Positions 24,231 to 35,602 of a stretch of DNA of 51,351 bases are shown in pieces. Position 1 is the first letter of the stretch; every line of letters begins with the position of its first letter. The notes below the pieces were generated by a model that saw only the letters and a program-made list of their open reading frames with translations, had not been told where the DNA came from and did no database searches. The position numbers and the translations under genes are program-made. Origin of the DNA: Raillietiella orientalis (taxonomy: Eukaryota); the NCBI GenBank assembly GCA_036172245.1, contig JAYWIR010000054.1, positions 930,001-981,351 of the forward strand. The letters are read 5' to 3'.

Positions 24231-26719
24231 AAATTACTGCATTCTATCAAACGTTAAATGTATTTCAGGCAACGGGCCCCTTTGAAAGAGAGAACATCCT
24301 TTTCTTTCTTCATGGATTGCCGAATAGCTGCTACCTCCGTTATGCGTCTAGCACGCAGTGGTATGTGTTTCTCTCGTGTGCTTTTTGATAATGATTGTGC
24401 GCATGCTAAACCACAGTATTCTTTGTGTAAATTGCTCTAGATTCTTTTTCTATTTCGGAAGGTTATGTTGATTCGCGAAATATGATGAATGGATGGTTAA
24501 GCATGGATGGGTTCTAAGGAATATGGAAAAGTGTAGGATTTTCCGTTTCTTCAGTAACTTTATTTCTTTGTGGAACGTTCTGTAAGCATCGAACAGTATT
24601 TGCTTTGTGGATTCCCATCTGTTTTTTCCTAAATGTCATACAACATTACGTAGCATTTGCCCTACAGAGATTGGCTTTTATTTCTCGTTCTTTATCTTTT
24701 CAAGGATTATTCTTGAAGTCATTTTGTAATTCAGCGTCTGTTGCGTTTTAGGCTCTCTCCAGGACAGAATGTTGGATCCGTGCCTTGCTCTTTGCACTGC
24801 GACCCACTTCAACAGCCATCAGTTATGGTTGACATAAGAAGCCTATAATTCGGATGGTAATTGCAAACTCTCAATTGCTGAGAATAAAATTTCGAAGTTC
24901 CTTTGTGCAGTTTCTTTTTCCAAGTTCACCAAAAACCTATGAATATGTGTAAGGGTCCTTTAGAAACAGGGATCAGGCATGCTAAAATCTCGTCAGCAGT
25001 GTGTTCTCTTGAGACCACATGAGGCGAGTTCGGTACTTTCCTCCAAATGCTGCACATTTAAAATAAACTCAATGCTTCTCATTTTCTGGAAATATAATTT
25101 GTTTCTTCATCTAAGCATCCACTTTAAATTATGTAACATTCTTTGTGTAGTAAATTTCTTCAAACCCATTGCATTTCTTGATACCAAGGCTTCAAAAATG
25201 CCGGTGCCTTTATTTTATAAAGTTCCAGGTTTGCGATAATAAAGTCCTCGATCATGAATGAGGCTTGCATGAAGAATTCATATCATCAGAATTCTGCAAG
25301 AAGCTTCCATAGAAGCAGATCTTAGATCTGTCATCAACGATAGTGTAAAATGAAGGTTATTTAAACATATCGAAACTTGTTTTTTTGAGAATCTTGTCTG
25401 GGGTGTGCTTTGTTCTTCATCACTGAATCCATGGTCTCTCTCTGTGAACAAAAGTAAAAATCCATCGTAAAAATTCTTTCCTTTGAGTATCATCTATTCA
25501 TTACTTTGGAAGACTTCATGAATTTCTTCGCACATGTACAGGTTGACTTCAACCTCAGTTGAATTTGGATATTCCGCAGTCACTTTGATAGCAATGGCGC
25601 ATTTTAGATATTCGCCGCTGGATAAAAATAATGTGATCCGTGAAACTTATCGATGTGAAAACAAAACTAAATCCATCAATGCTAATGGCCACATTTTCTA
25701 TCTGTGATACGTTTCTTACATCGATCATTTTAATTTCTTGAAAAGTACTTTTTATATTCATTTTATTTCTTTTATTTCTTAGAACTACGATCACCTTATT
25801 TAAAAATAGCTGTTTTCTCTTCCTTTTCATTTTCCAGAGGAACCATATTGGCCTAAACTGCAGGATGACTTCCTGACAAACTATTCTATTCGAGCATTCC
25901 TTAATATAAGACACTTTGTAGAAACAACATCATCCCTTCTTCCTTTATGTACTTGCAAATTTGTAATTTTTTTCTTTCATGCATAACAGTCATCAGTGGT
26001 ACTTACGAATCAAAGAATTCCACAACATCACTCGCAGCATTTTCGGGGATCGCTAAGGGAATCTGTCTGTCAACGAACTCAACCGAATTGGCATGCCAAA
26101 GGAAGACCTCTCCATCGTAACCGTAAGGAACATTGGTTACGTAAAGATGCCTTGCAAGGACGCGGTACTTGTGCTGCCCAGCTTTGAAACCCATTGTCCA
26201 TCCGTGGCTTGAAAATCTCAGTTACGATGAATGATAGTTTGTGATGGACATCACCATCATTAAGGCGGAAATATCTGTCAACGATCTTACGAACGCTTTT
26301 GCGAAATTCCCCACGATACCCACGCTGTAGATTATGCCGTGAATTTTAATAAAGTTCTTGTGCGTCCACAGCGGAGCAGTTAAACCGCCGTCCTCTGCCT
26401 ACGAAGCTACAGATGAAAGACAGTTCAGATGGTTCATCTGTACTGTACCACAGCTAGTTCTCCTGTGGATCGCAGGAAAGCTTCGCGTGTGAGACTAGTG
26501 CGGCGAGGAGGAGCACCCACTCAAGAAATGCGTCTCAGGGAAATTTCATAGCCGCAGGGCGTCTGGGCACAATTTCAGACAGTGTCCTGAACTTGCTAAG
26601 AAAAATAAGCGGTGTATCCTTGCTGCCATGAAAAGATTGAAGAAAAACTCATGTCGCGTGACATCCCGTTCCGAAGGCGCTGTCGTGTACAGGAAAGAGC
26701 TAAACTTCTGGAAAATCCC

Positions 26720-26878
26720 TTGTACCTAGGCAACAACCAAGTGCTGCCGACCCTGTCCGTACAGCAAGCTGGCCGACCAGGATTCCCAAGCTTGCCTTCC
26801 GGCTACCGCTTTGTATTCCGACAGCCTGCGGATGTCGGAGTGGACGTGCTGTACGTGCGCTCCTTCATTTAGGTACCA
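26720..26878 (-). mobile_element. APE-RT linker fragment (A-like) starting at the linker target site
   Basis: DIRRLSEYKAVAGRQAWESWSASLL matches A1 DIRRLAEYKAGAERQAWHSGSASLL. Confidence 0.8.
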
Positions 26879-26879
26879 A

Positions 26880-28831
26880 AAGATTTTTCTGTGTGGTGTG
26901 TCGTTCACGTAGTCGGTGTCCGATGGCTACGATGCCTGAGGACACTGCGATAGATGTAGGTGTGAGTAAGGCTAGTTCGCCCCCACAGCCTGCAGTGTCA
27001 GGGGCACCCGGCCCAGGAACGTCCCCGCCTACGGCGAGGACATGGAGCGACATGGTGGCCGCGAATAGCGCGGAAACCATGGCCGACGAAGCCGCCTACA
27101 GGGACGCCGGTTACAAGCCTTCGCTTGTGTACAAGGTGGATCAATTTTTGATGTGAGCACTGCGCGTGCTTTTACAAAGGCATTACAAAGCATGAACCTA
27201 AAAGTAGATCTTGACGGCTTCTCCGTCCTCAGTGGGGGTTAGGGCGTCGAGGTGGTGTGTAAGGACATCGCCTTGGCACAGCGCTAGATCAATAACTCTC
27301 TGAACGTGGATGGCCGCAAGATATATCCGGTATCCGTAGTCCACCTTAGGGGGATCAGTAACCGCATGAAGCGGTCTGCAGTTAGTAGTAAACTGCGGAA
27401 ATACGGAAAGGTGCACGCGTTTTGGCCGAAATCTACGATTTTTTAGGCCTATAATAACCTTTTTGGGGCCAGGCTGCAGCGTGTGTCACCGTGAGCAAGG
27501 ATGGTGGGCTTCTCCACAACCTAGCGGTCTCGAGAGAATCGGTAGACCTCTGGTACGTAGGTAAACTCCGCTACTGTGGCTACTGCAATGCAGTAGGGTA
27601 CCTGCGAAAAAGGTGCACGAACATTCTGTGCCACTTATGAGAGAAGCTAAGCCACGTTCTCCGGTGCGCCAAAAACTCCCCAACCGGTGCCCCTACCGCC
27701 GAAATGGTTCAGGGAAAACGTCAGAATAAGGTCGTAAGACCTAAGAATACCTTCTTAGGTCTTACGACGGCAGGCCAACAAGAGCAGAAGCCCACAAAAC
27801 TCCCACACAGGAGTCGGAGGAACAAATTACCAAAGACGCAAGAGATGAGGAGCGCTGGAAGCTCGAGAAATCCAAAAAGGCTGAACCAGTAAATAAACTG
27901 GAGAGAAAGATGGAGAAAGTCGCGACCGGCGCAGTCAAAAAGGAAAAGCAGGGTCCCGAAACACTCCTTCAGTGCGCGGCGGCACTGGAACGCCTCGACG
28001 TTCCTGAGACTGCCACCCGGTGCGACGAGTCTTCCCTCGCCGCTTCGGTCGCGCAAGAGGTTCTCGAAGGCGAACCCACTGTTTGCACAGAGGGTGAGCC
28101 GCGCGACGCGCTCGCTGACGGCGAGGACGCAGGGTTCGAGCAGGCGGCGGAGCTCGCGCTCACGCTGGCCGAGAGTGAGAACCCCTCGCGCAAGCCCGTG
28201 CGAAGGCAGCCTCCGGCGAACAACGCTCCACAGGTGAGTGCGATCCGGAGGCCGCAAGCTCATCCTCCGACTCGAAGGCACCTCCCAGGAAGTCGGGACG
28301 CAAGTCCAAAAAGCCGAGGAGGCGCCTGCCATCCACCAGCAAGGAGGAGAACACGGAAGCCGTCGCTAGAGTGGGAATCCCAGAGAGGGATGTAGCACGC
28401 TAGGAAGCCGGAGAACCCGCGACCCAAATGGAGGAGGACGAGCAAGGGGGCGAAGGTCCCCCACATTCATTGAATCTGAACAGTCCGCCCCTAAGGAAGA
28501 GGGCTATCAGGTAAGCGAGACCCCACCTTCGGGCGACCCGCCATACGTGCTGTCTCCCATGAAGGAGGGGGACCAGGTGCTCGACGCACCTGTTCCACCT
28601 CCTCCTAGCGTTCCGCCTCAACAAGTGGCGGACGCCGCAGAGCCGATTTTCCAGGAATAACACCTAGGCTCGCCTGTCGCCGTCGGAATGTCAACGGGTT
28701 GCGCGACGACGGCAACAGACGAGATACGACCGACACTGTGCGTGAGTTCGACCTGGCCCTTCTGCAGGAGATCCACGTGATCACCGCTGCAGACGTCCAG
28801 GAGATCGACACGATCGCAGGGGCTCGGCTGT
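26880..28831 (+). mobile_element. Degenerate element K (C/D-like): 5' UTR, ORF1 from ATG 26923, start of APE
   Basis: MATMPEDTAIDVGV...RTWSDMVAA...YKPSLVYKV; CGYCNAVG knuckle; NVNGLRDDG...LLQEIHVITAADVQEIDTIAGARL. Confidence 0.85.
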
Positions 28832-30780
28832 TTGTCACTCAGGTGCGCCGAGTCCTTTATTAATAAATTATCAAGGAACACTGTTTCCGGACAAAGGGCA
28901 CAGAAGATACGAAGGGGGAGGTATCTCTACACGCAGATCGGTATACCGAAAGTCCAGAACGGGCGGGAGGGTACCACAACTACACATATAAAAAATAAAA
29001 ATGAAAATATGGGGAGAGTAAGGGACAGGGATCTTTGCTGCTGCCGTTCCAGACTTTCAGAACCAGCTATGGATGCCGGCGAACTATCTCCTAACGCCCT
29101 ATGGTAGATGGGCCAACTCGGAAGCGGACGACATGTTCGCGATGGCTATTCCGGTGTGTTAACGAAAAATGGCCAGCTTATCCAACTCTCGGTGTGCCCT
29201 CTCGATGACGCGGGTGTAACAGACTGTTGCGATTACAGTACCTAAAGACAGGCCGCCTGGCGTGAAGAAGCAGCGCATCAAGTCTCATACAATGTCACCC
29301 TGGTGCCGGAAAGCTGAGGCAAGCCTCCGCCACAGTCCTTGGAGGACACCGCAGTCCAGAAGCAAGTGCGGGAGCGTAACCACATTCCCGCACCGCTTAC
29401 AGTTTGGAAAGACAACTCCCACGAAACACGGTTCGTCCGCTGGTTGGAGTGGAAATCCCGATGCACCAGCATGACGAAGTCCTGCTTCCAAGAAAGGGGA
29501 AGCACAGAAGTGCACAAACAGAAGGGAGGGACCACAAGTACTTCGGGGGGCACACTCAAGTGTTCGCTCCACCGAAGGAGTCCCTTTGGGATGTGGCGAA
29601 CCGTGGCGACGTCTGCCAGCTCGCAAGTCCTCCAGCCGGTCATGTGTCGTGTTGATCCTGCGATGGTGCAGGAGACCTCCCATCTCGCCGGTTGGCAGCT
29701 GTCGTCGCTTGCCCTGGGGGCTGACAGCACGACGGCAAGGGGCGTGATGGTCAGGCGAGTCCACTTCTCTTGGCTGTTTCAGACCTTATCCACCCTGCAG
29801 TACGGGGAGAGGTGAGCACAGCGGAGTTCCAGAAGCGAAACATCCTGTTCCTTTGCCAAGCCATGCAACGGTTCCTACCATCAGGCTTCCAAGTTCGCTG
29901 GGCGGCAAGAGATCCATTTCTGGGATGCCAGGAGCCGGTAGACCGCATTCAACGGGAACCCGAAGCTTCTCGTGGCGCGCTTTGTATGCAGCCGGAGCGA
30001 CAGAAGTCCATCGCTGTCGGTGCAGCGCCGCAAGAGGAGGTGCGCTGGAGCAAACCCCGGAGTAAACCAAAGGTTGGCGCACAGGGCCAACATCCGAAGC
30101 TGCACCCACAGCGCGATTCTCTTCAGCGTCAGCATGCGTAAGCCTGCATCCCGACGCGGAACCGCCAAGTTTTTGAGGGGGATCCTGGAATTCGTAGGTG
30201 CATACAGAGCGTTCCTCAACAGGCTGTGCAACTGTTTCTTCGCCGAGTAGAAGAGCAGGCAAACAAAAAGCAGGGGGAGCAAGAGGGGGGCGACGAAGGC
30301 GTTTCGTACCGCGGCCCGCTCCGATTGGAGGAACCTGCCATGGTGGAACGGGCACAGAGCACTCGTAGCCTTCCGAAGGCAGTCCGACCACACTTTCCCT
30401 GGGCTGATGTTTCTCAGCGGAACTCCCTAGTATTGGAAGGAGGAAGCGGTCAGGATCCGCAGGCGGATCCAATCGGACTGCCCCTCCCACGCCGCATTAA
30501 TAGGAACTACAAAGATCTTAGTCCGGTTTACGCTCATGCCCGCTCCATGGCTAATCAGCTCGAAGAAATCCTCGAGATTGGACGCCGGGGTGGTCACGGG
30601 TAAAAGTAGACGCAGGTCGTCAGCATAGGCCGCCACGGAGGGCGTTCCTGGACAAGAGCTCGGCAGATTGGCCAGCTTCAGCCTCTACGCCCTCAGCACC
30701 AACTCAAAGAAGATGCTGAAGAGCAACAAGCTTAAGCTTTCGCCCTGCCTGATGCCCGGCCAAACCGGCACGTTGCAGCA
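28832..30780 (-). mobile_element. 5'-truncated element I (RT C-half to 3' end), inserted antisense in the APE of K
   Basis: GIRQGESLS, AAYADD, PNCKRCGNVVTLPHLLLDC; terminal hairpin at 28836-28861. Confidence 0.85.
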
Positions 30781-31090
30781 GCTGAAAGAGATACAGCATA
30801 ACGCGTAGCGGCTAGGTATGTCCACTGATCCTGGACGATGCGGCCCACCTTTGCCGTGGTCGCACGCGTTTTTGGTGAGCTCCAGCAAGCGTAACCAAAA
30901 GAAGTTTTTGTGAGTGTGGAACTGCGGACGCTGAAGGGCAGAAATGTCTGAAGACGCCGCAGCACCAGCGACGGGCCCAGGTGCGTCGGGAGAGCCCTGG
31001 ACTCTCCAGTGACCGGGGGGAGGGAAGCCGGGAAGAAGACGCGGCGTCCGGAGCCTTTGCGGTGGAAGTCGATTTGCGTAAAGCTTTCGA
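30780..31090 (+). mobile_element. RT fragment of a host element ending at DLRKAFD
   Basis: GAFAVEVDLRKAFD ends at the junction with A3. The left boundary is uncertain. Confidence 0.7.
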
Positions 31091-32570
31091 TTTTCACCCG
31101 GCTTTTAACGGGTCGTTTATTGAAAATAAACTCTATAGTGAAAATATTAATGGCTGTAGCAATGCTCCAGCCACAAGCGAAGAACCACGGAGCCTGCCAA
31201 TTCACCGGTTCCCAGACCGGTACGGTCCACCAAGGCAGCAGGGAAAGGAAAAAAAAAACTAAACAAAAAGAAACAAAGGGTGTGAGGGAACGGAAAGGGA
31301 TCGCTGATGCTGATGGGGCCGCATCATCACTCTCAGGATGCAGGAAAGCTCTTGTTTGATTTGAACATCCAGGTGACTCCATCGCGACGCCCTCCTCAGG
31401 AATTAGGAGGTGCACTGGATGGCATCCTGATTGCTTGGTCCTCCTGTCGCCGTGCTCCATGCGGTGACAATCCCACGAAGGCAGCACAAGGCTGCTATCG
31501 AGGACGCTGGCCGAAGGGCGTCGGCAACGAAGAAGGCTTTTAGGGCGTCCCTGATGTTGCCGCAAGAGATACCGATGGCCGCGGCAAAGCGGAACCAAAG
31601 GGGCCGAAGGGCAACACAATCCACAAGCAGGTGGGGGAGGGACTCCCGTTCCCCACACCTGACGCAATTGGGGTCCACCGCTCCCCAGGTCCAGTAGTGT
31701 CGGCAGGCGTTGCAGGGGAGTCCGCAGTGCTGCAACAGGAGAGCCGACTCCTGTTATTTTAAGGGGAGGGTGGAGGTGTTCATTAGTACCGAGGGCCACT
31801 TCAAACGTTCAATGGGAACGTCGAGCAGCGCGCCCCAGCCCAGAAGTCCATAGGGAGGCGTACTCGGGGTCGCAGCGTCAGTCAGCTGACCCGTCTTCCA
31901 CTCTCCTATTTTCTACTCCTTCCCGGAGATTGTAACTGCAACCTCCCACTTCGCCGCAACATCGCTGTTCAGATCTTCCATCAAGTAGGGCAGCGCAGCA
32001 GCTAGGGGAGTTCTTCCTGCCCACGCTCTCTTCTTTGGATCCTCCAGGATCTTACGGAGCGTGCAACTTCTGTAACCCCCAAACAGGAACCTTCGTTCCT
32101 GTTGGGAGCGTTGCATGCCGAACTGTCCCCACGTGCGAACGGTTTCCTGCAACCAGGCACTACCGTTCGCAAGGCGACAGGTGATTTGTCCAAAGTATCT
32201 TCGTGTCAGCGCAGCCACCCTCCGTAGCTGAAGTCCGCATCGGTTGAAGCGGCGACAAAGTGCAAGAGAGGACGTCAGTCCCGTGATGCTGGTGGGTTGC
32301 TGGAGAATGAGACCTGCAGAAACGCACCAACAGGTGCACCACAACTCCGGAACAAGTGCCAACATTCGGAACGGGAGCTGAAGTTCCAGCCGTTCCAATG
32401 TCAGGACGCCGATTCCACCGTCCCGACGCGGAGCGCACAAGTCCTTTAAGCGGACTCGGGCCCTCCCGTTGTCCCAGAGGGCGATACGGAGGAGGTCTTT
32501 CGTCCGCTTTTTTATCCTCTCTGTGGGGGGGCAAACAAAAAGCAGGTGGCGGAGGAGAGGAGCCCCTCAT
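31091..32570 (-). mobile_element. 5'-truncated family A copy A3
   Basis: MQRSQQERRFLFGG, NCVRCGERESLPHLL; ends CCGGGTGAAAA on the minus strand. Confidence 0.9.
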
Positions 32571-34015
32571 TTCATACGAAAAAGAGCAGCGGGCCTCCTG
32601 AGGAGATTCCTTTGGGGCAAATGGAGGTACCGTGTGAGGCTCAAAGATTTGTGCTCTCCACTTAAGGACGGTGGACTTAAAGTACCTACGCTGGAGCGCA
32701 TGGAAATACAATTAAGGTTTCGGACTCTCGCTTTTGCGGCCGATTTGTGGGACAAGCCGTGGTGCCTTTTACCACACCTCCTGGCCAACGAGCCTGTGGA
32801 TTCGGCGGACTTTTGTCGTTTCTGTTGGCGCGCAACAGCGGAGAAGCCCACAGCGGCTTTTTCCTGCGTCGCATGGACGTTGGTTTACTGGGAAACGCCT
32901 GGATCTCCTGCCTACCAGGGAACTACTCTGCATGGTTGCACGAGTCAGTGTCCACCTGAGTAAAGATCCACGTTCCGGCGGGCACGAAGAACACTTGCCT
33001 GCAAAGGCACGCCTGCTGGAAGCTGCAGGAGATTGTGCAGTCCCAGGATAAGCTAATGTGAGCCCTGATAACACTTCTTGCCCCAGAGCTGCCCTTCCTT
33101 GTAAACGCCAGGGACAGTAGCGAGCAGGGGAGATGGACCGTGTCCTGCACCATAGGCGTCAGGACACAAGCGATAAAGGCGTGGACATCTCGGCAGCTAG
33201 CGGACCCTGCGACACCGAGTGTCCCGCCAAACGGAATTCGACGCTGGGGCGAGCTACTCGGACTATCTCCGGAGGAGATGAAGTGGCCCCCAGCGTCCTG
33301 GAACAGTGCATCCCTACCCCTGAAATGTCAGGATGTGGCGTTGCTTGTGGTACTCTGGGGTTTACCTTTTAAAGCACGCCTGCATCACACCACCCGGGGG
33401 GCTGTGGATCCTAATTGCGACCGGTGCGGGGAAAAAGAAACATTCCTCAACCTCCTTATTTAGTATAGCGCCCTCCACTCTCTCTGGGATCGCCTTGCGT
33501 CGATTTTGGACTTGCGCGGATGCTGCCCGAAGGACGTATTCAGGCGCCTCTTCTATCGTGACTCCTTGTCTCCGTTCGCCTGTGTAGTAGTCCTCTGCTG
33601 CATTCGAGGGATCGTGGCGGCTTGGAACGCCACCAGAAAAAGACGTCAGATAACCGGCAACGCTTTACATTGGACTCGCACTTTCGAGCGAACCGTGTGC
33701 AAGTGGCGCCATTTGGGCGCAGATAGGACGCAGCTTGCTAGGATCCTCAAGAGGATCTAGAGGACCCTTCCGCGCGCGCAGTGATCCCTTCCCTGCCCTT
33801 CCATCCCTAAAACATTTGTTTTCTTCCAGGTTTGAACTTTTTGTTTCTTTTTGTTTTTCTTTATTTCCCATCCCCGCGCATCGGAAGGACCTCTCCGGCA
33901 CGGAGCCGGTAACCAGCAAGCTGTTTTGGAGTGGTAAACCTTCGGGTTCGCCACGCGACATTTTTCTGTAATTTTATTTCCATGAAATAAATGCCCCGGC
34001 ACATCCGGGTGTCAA
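32571..34015 (+). mobile_element. 5'-truncated element J (ORF2 C-terminal third + 3' UTR)
   Basis: RVRLKDLCSPLKDGGL, EMKWPPASW, DPNCDRCGEKE; AATAAA-CCCGG-cacat-CCGGG-TG at 33986-34011. Confidence 0.9.
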
Positions 34016-35395
34016 CAACCCGCCGCCGCGCGAACGCCGACGCCGCAACAAATTCGCGAGCCCAGCGTGAGTAGCGACGACCGGGACTTCAATAAGGAGG
34101 CGGAAGAGTTAGCAGCCATGCTCCAGCAACCTCCCAAGGCCCAGGAGAAGGCCTTGAGGCGTCCGGCTGAGGCGAAAGGACCGGAGACTTCCGAGTCCAA
34201 AGCCGAAGCCGGCAACGCTCCGGCAGTCGCTCTCCCGAAGCGCAAAGCGGGCCGCAAGGTAGGCAACCCGCGGCGCTCCGCACCTCCACCGGCGGAGGAG
34301 GAAATGCGGTCGGACCACGACGACGGGGAGGCGATGTCCGCGAGGTCTCGCTACTCCTCGCCGGAGACGTCCCTGGCCAAGCAGGATCCTCCAACCACCA
34401 CCACAACCACCGACGGACCGCCTCCTTGCGAGCAACAGCCCGTCGCAATGGATACACAACTCCCGCCTGCTGAACAGCAGGCGGAGGACGGTACGCTTAC
34501 ACCATAAACCCACCAACGCGTGGACTCTCCTCCTGCCGGCGACTGCGCGTAATCTGTTGGAACGTCAACGGGTTGCGCGACGACGGCAAGAGGAGAGAAG
34601 TGCCCGCCAGCCTGCGGGACTTTGACCTGGCGCTTCTGCAGGAGACGCACGTGCTCCGCGCAGGGGAGGCCCAGGAAATCGAACGGATCGCAGGCGGGCG
34701 GCTCGTATACCAAAAAGGGAGAGACCGCACCCGCAGTGTGGGTTTCATGCTGAAGCCAGCCGTCGTTATTGCGCTGCGCGACGTACACTTCGACGGGGAA
34801 GGTCAAATCGGGCAGCTTGTTGCCAAGTGGTCCGACGCGATCGACCTCGTCGTGACCAACGTGTACGCGCCCGGCACGAGCCACAGGCGCGGGGAACGCA
34901 GTTGGTTCTTCGAAGGCCTGCGGCGAAATTGGCTGGCCGAAGCAGACATGCGAAACGCGCACCTCATTGCCGGGGAATTTAACGTCTGCCTGCTGGCAGG
35001 TGCGCCCGACATTCGCGCACAGCTGGTCAACGAGATGTGCGCTGCCATGCACGCGCGCAACTTGTTGGCCGGTATCGCCGGGACGGAGACGAGGATCGAA
35101 CACATGTTCCTCGTCAACAACCTGTGTTCGCGGGTGGGAAATCAAGGGGCAATGCCATCCGTACTTTCCGACCATCCCCGGTTCGTGGTAGAAATATACC
35201 CGCGCGGTAGAGGTCCACCCTCCACAGCGTGGAGTTTGCCAGGGGACTGGTTGCGCCTCGCAGGAGCGCAACATCTTTGCTCGTTCCTGCAAGGCTTCCA
35301 TCTGTAGTCGCTCGCGGACTGGGACGACTTGAAGAGCTCAGTTCGCGAGTTCTGCGACCAGTCTCCCCTGAACCGTCTCCCTCCAGGATTCGGCG
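34016..35395 (+). mobile_element. Element F: ORF1 tail (to 34507) and APE domain, interrupted at PPGFG
   Basis: KEAEELAA, WNVNG, LLQETH, NVYAP, AGEFN, SDH motifs. Confidence 0.9.
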
Positions 35396-35602
35396 TTGTC
35401 ACCTGGGTTCGCCCGGGGCGTTTATTATAAACTCCACATGCGTGGTACAAGGCCCCACCACGGCCGTAAACACAGGACCTGTCGAGACACCGATACGCAG
35501 CCCGGCGTGGCACTCCCCTACAGCGAAAGGGGATGAGGGGAAAAAACAAAAAGAAGAATAAAGAAATAAAAAACAAAAAGAAGTTGGAGGGCAGGGAAGG
35601 GA

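Larger units (their letters stand above)
11711..26715. other. AT-rich island without recognisable retroelements, probably host sequence with intron-containing genes
   Basis: Sharp drop in GC, no long ORFs or RT motifs, putative splice-bounded paralogous exons. Confidence 0.6.
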
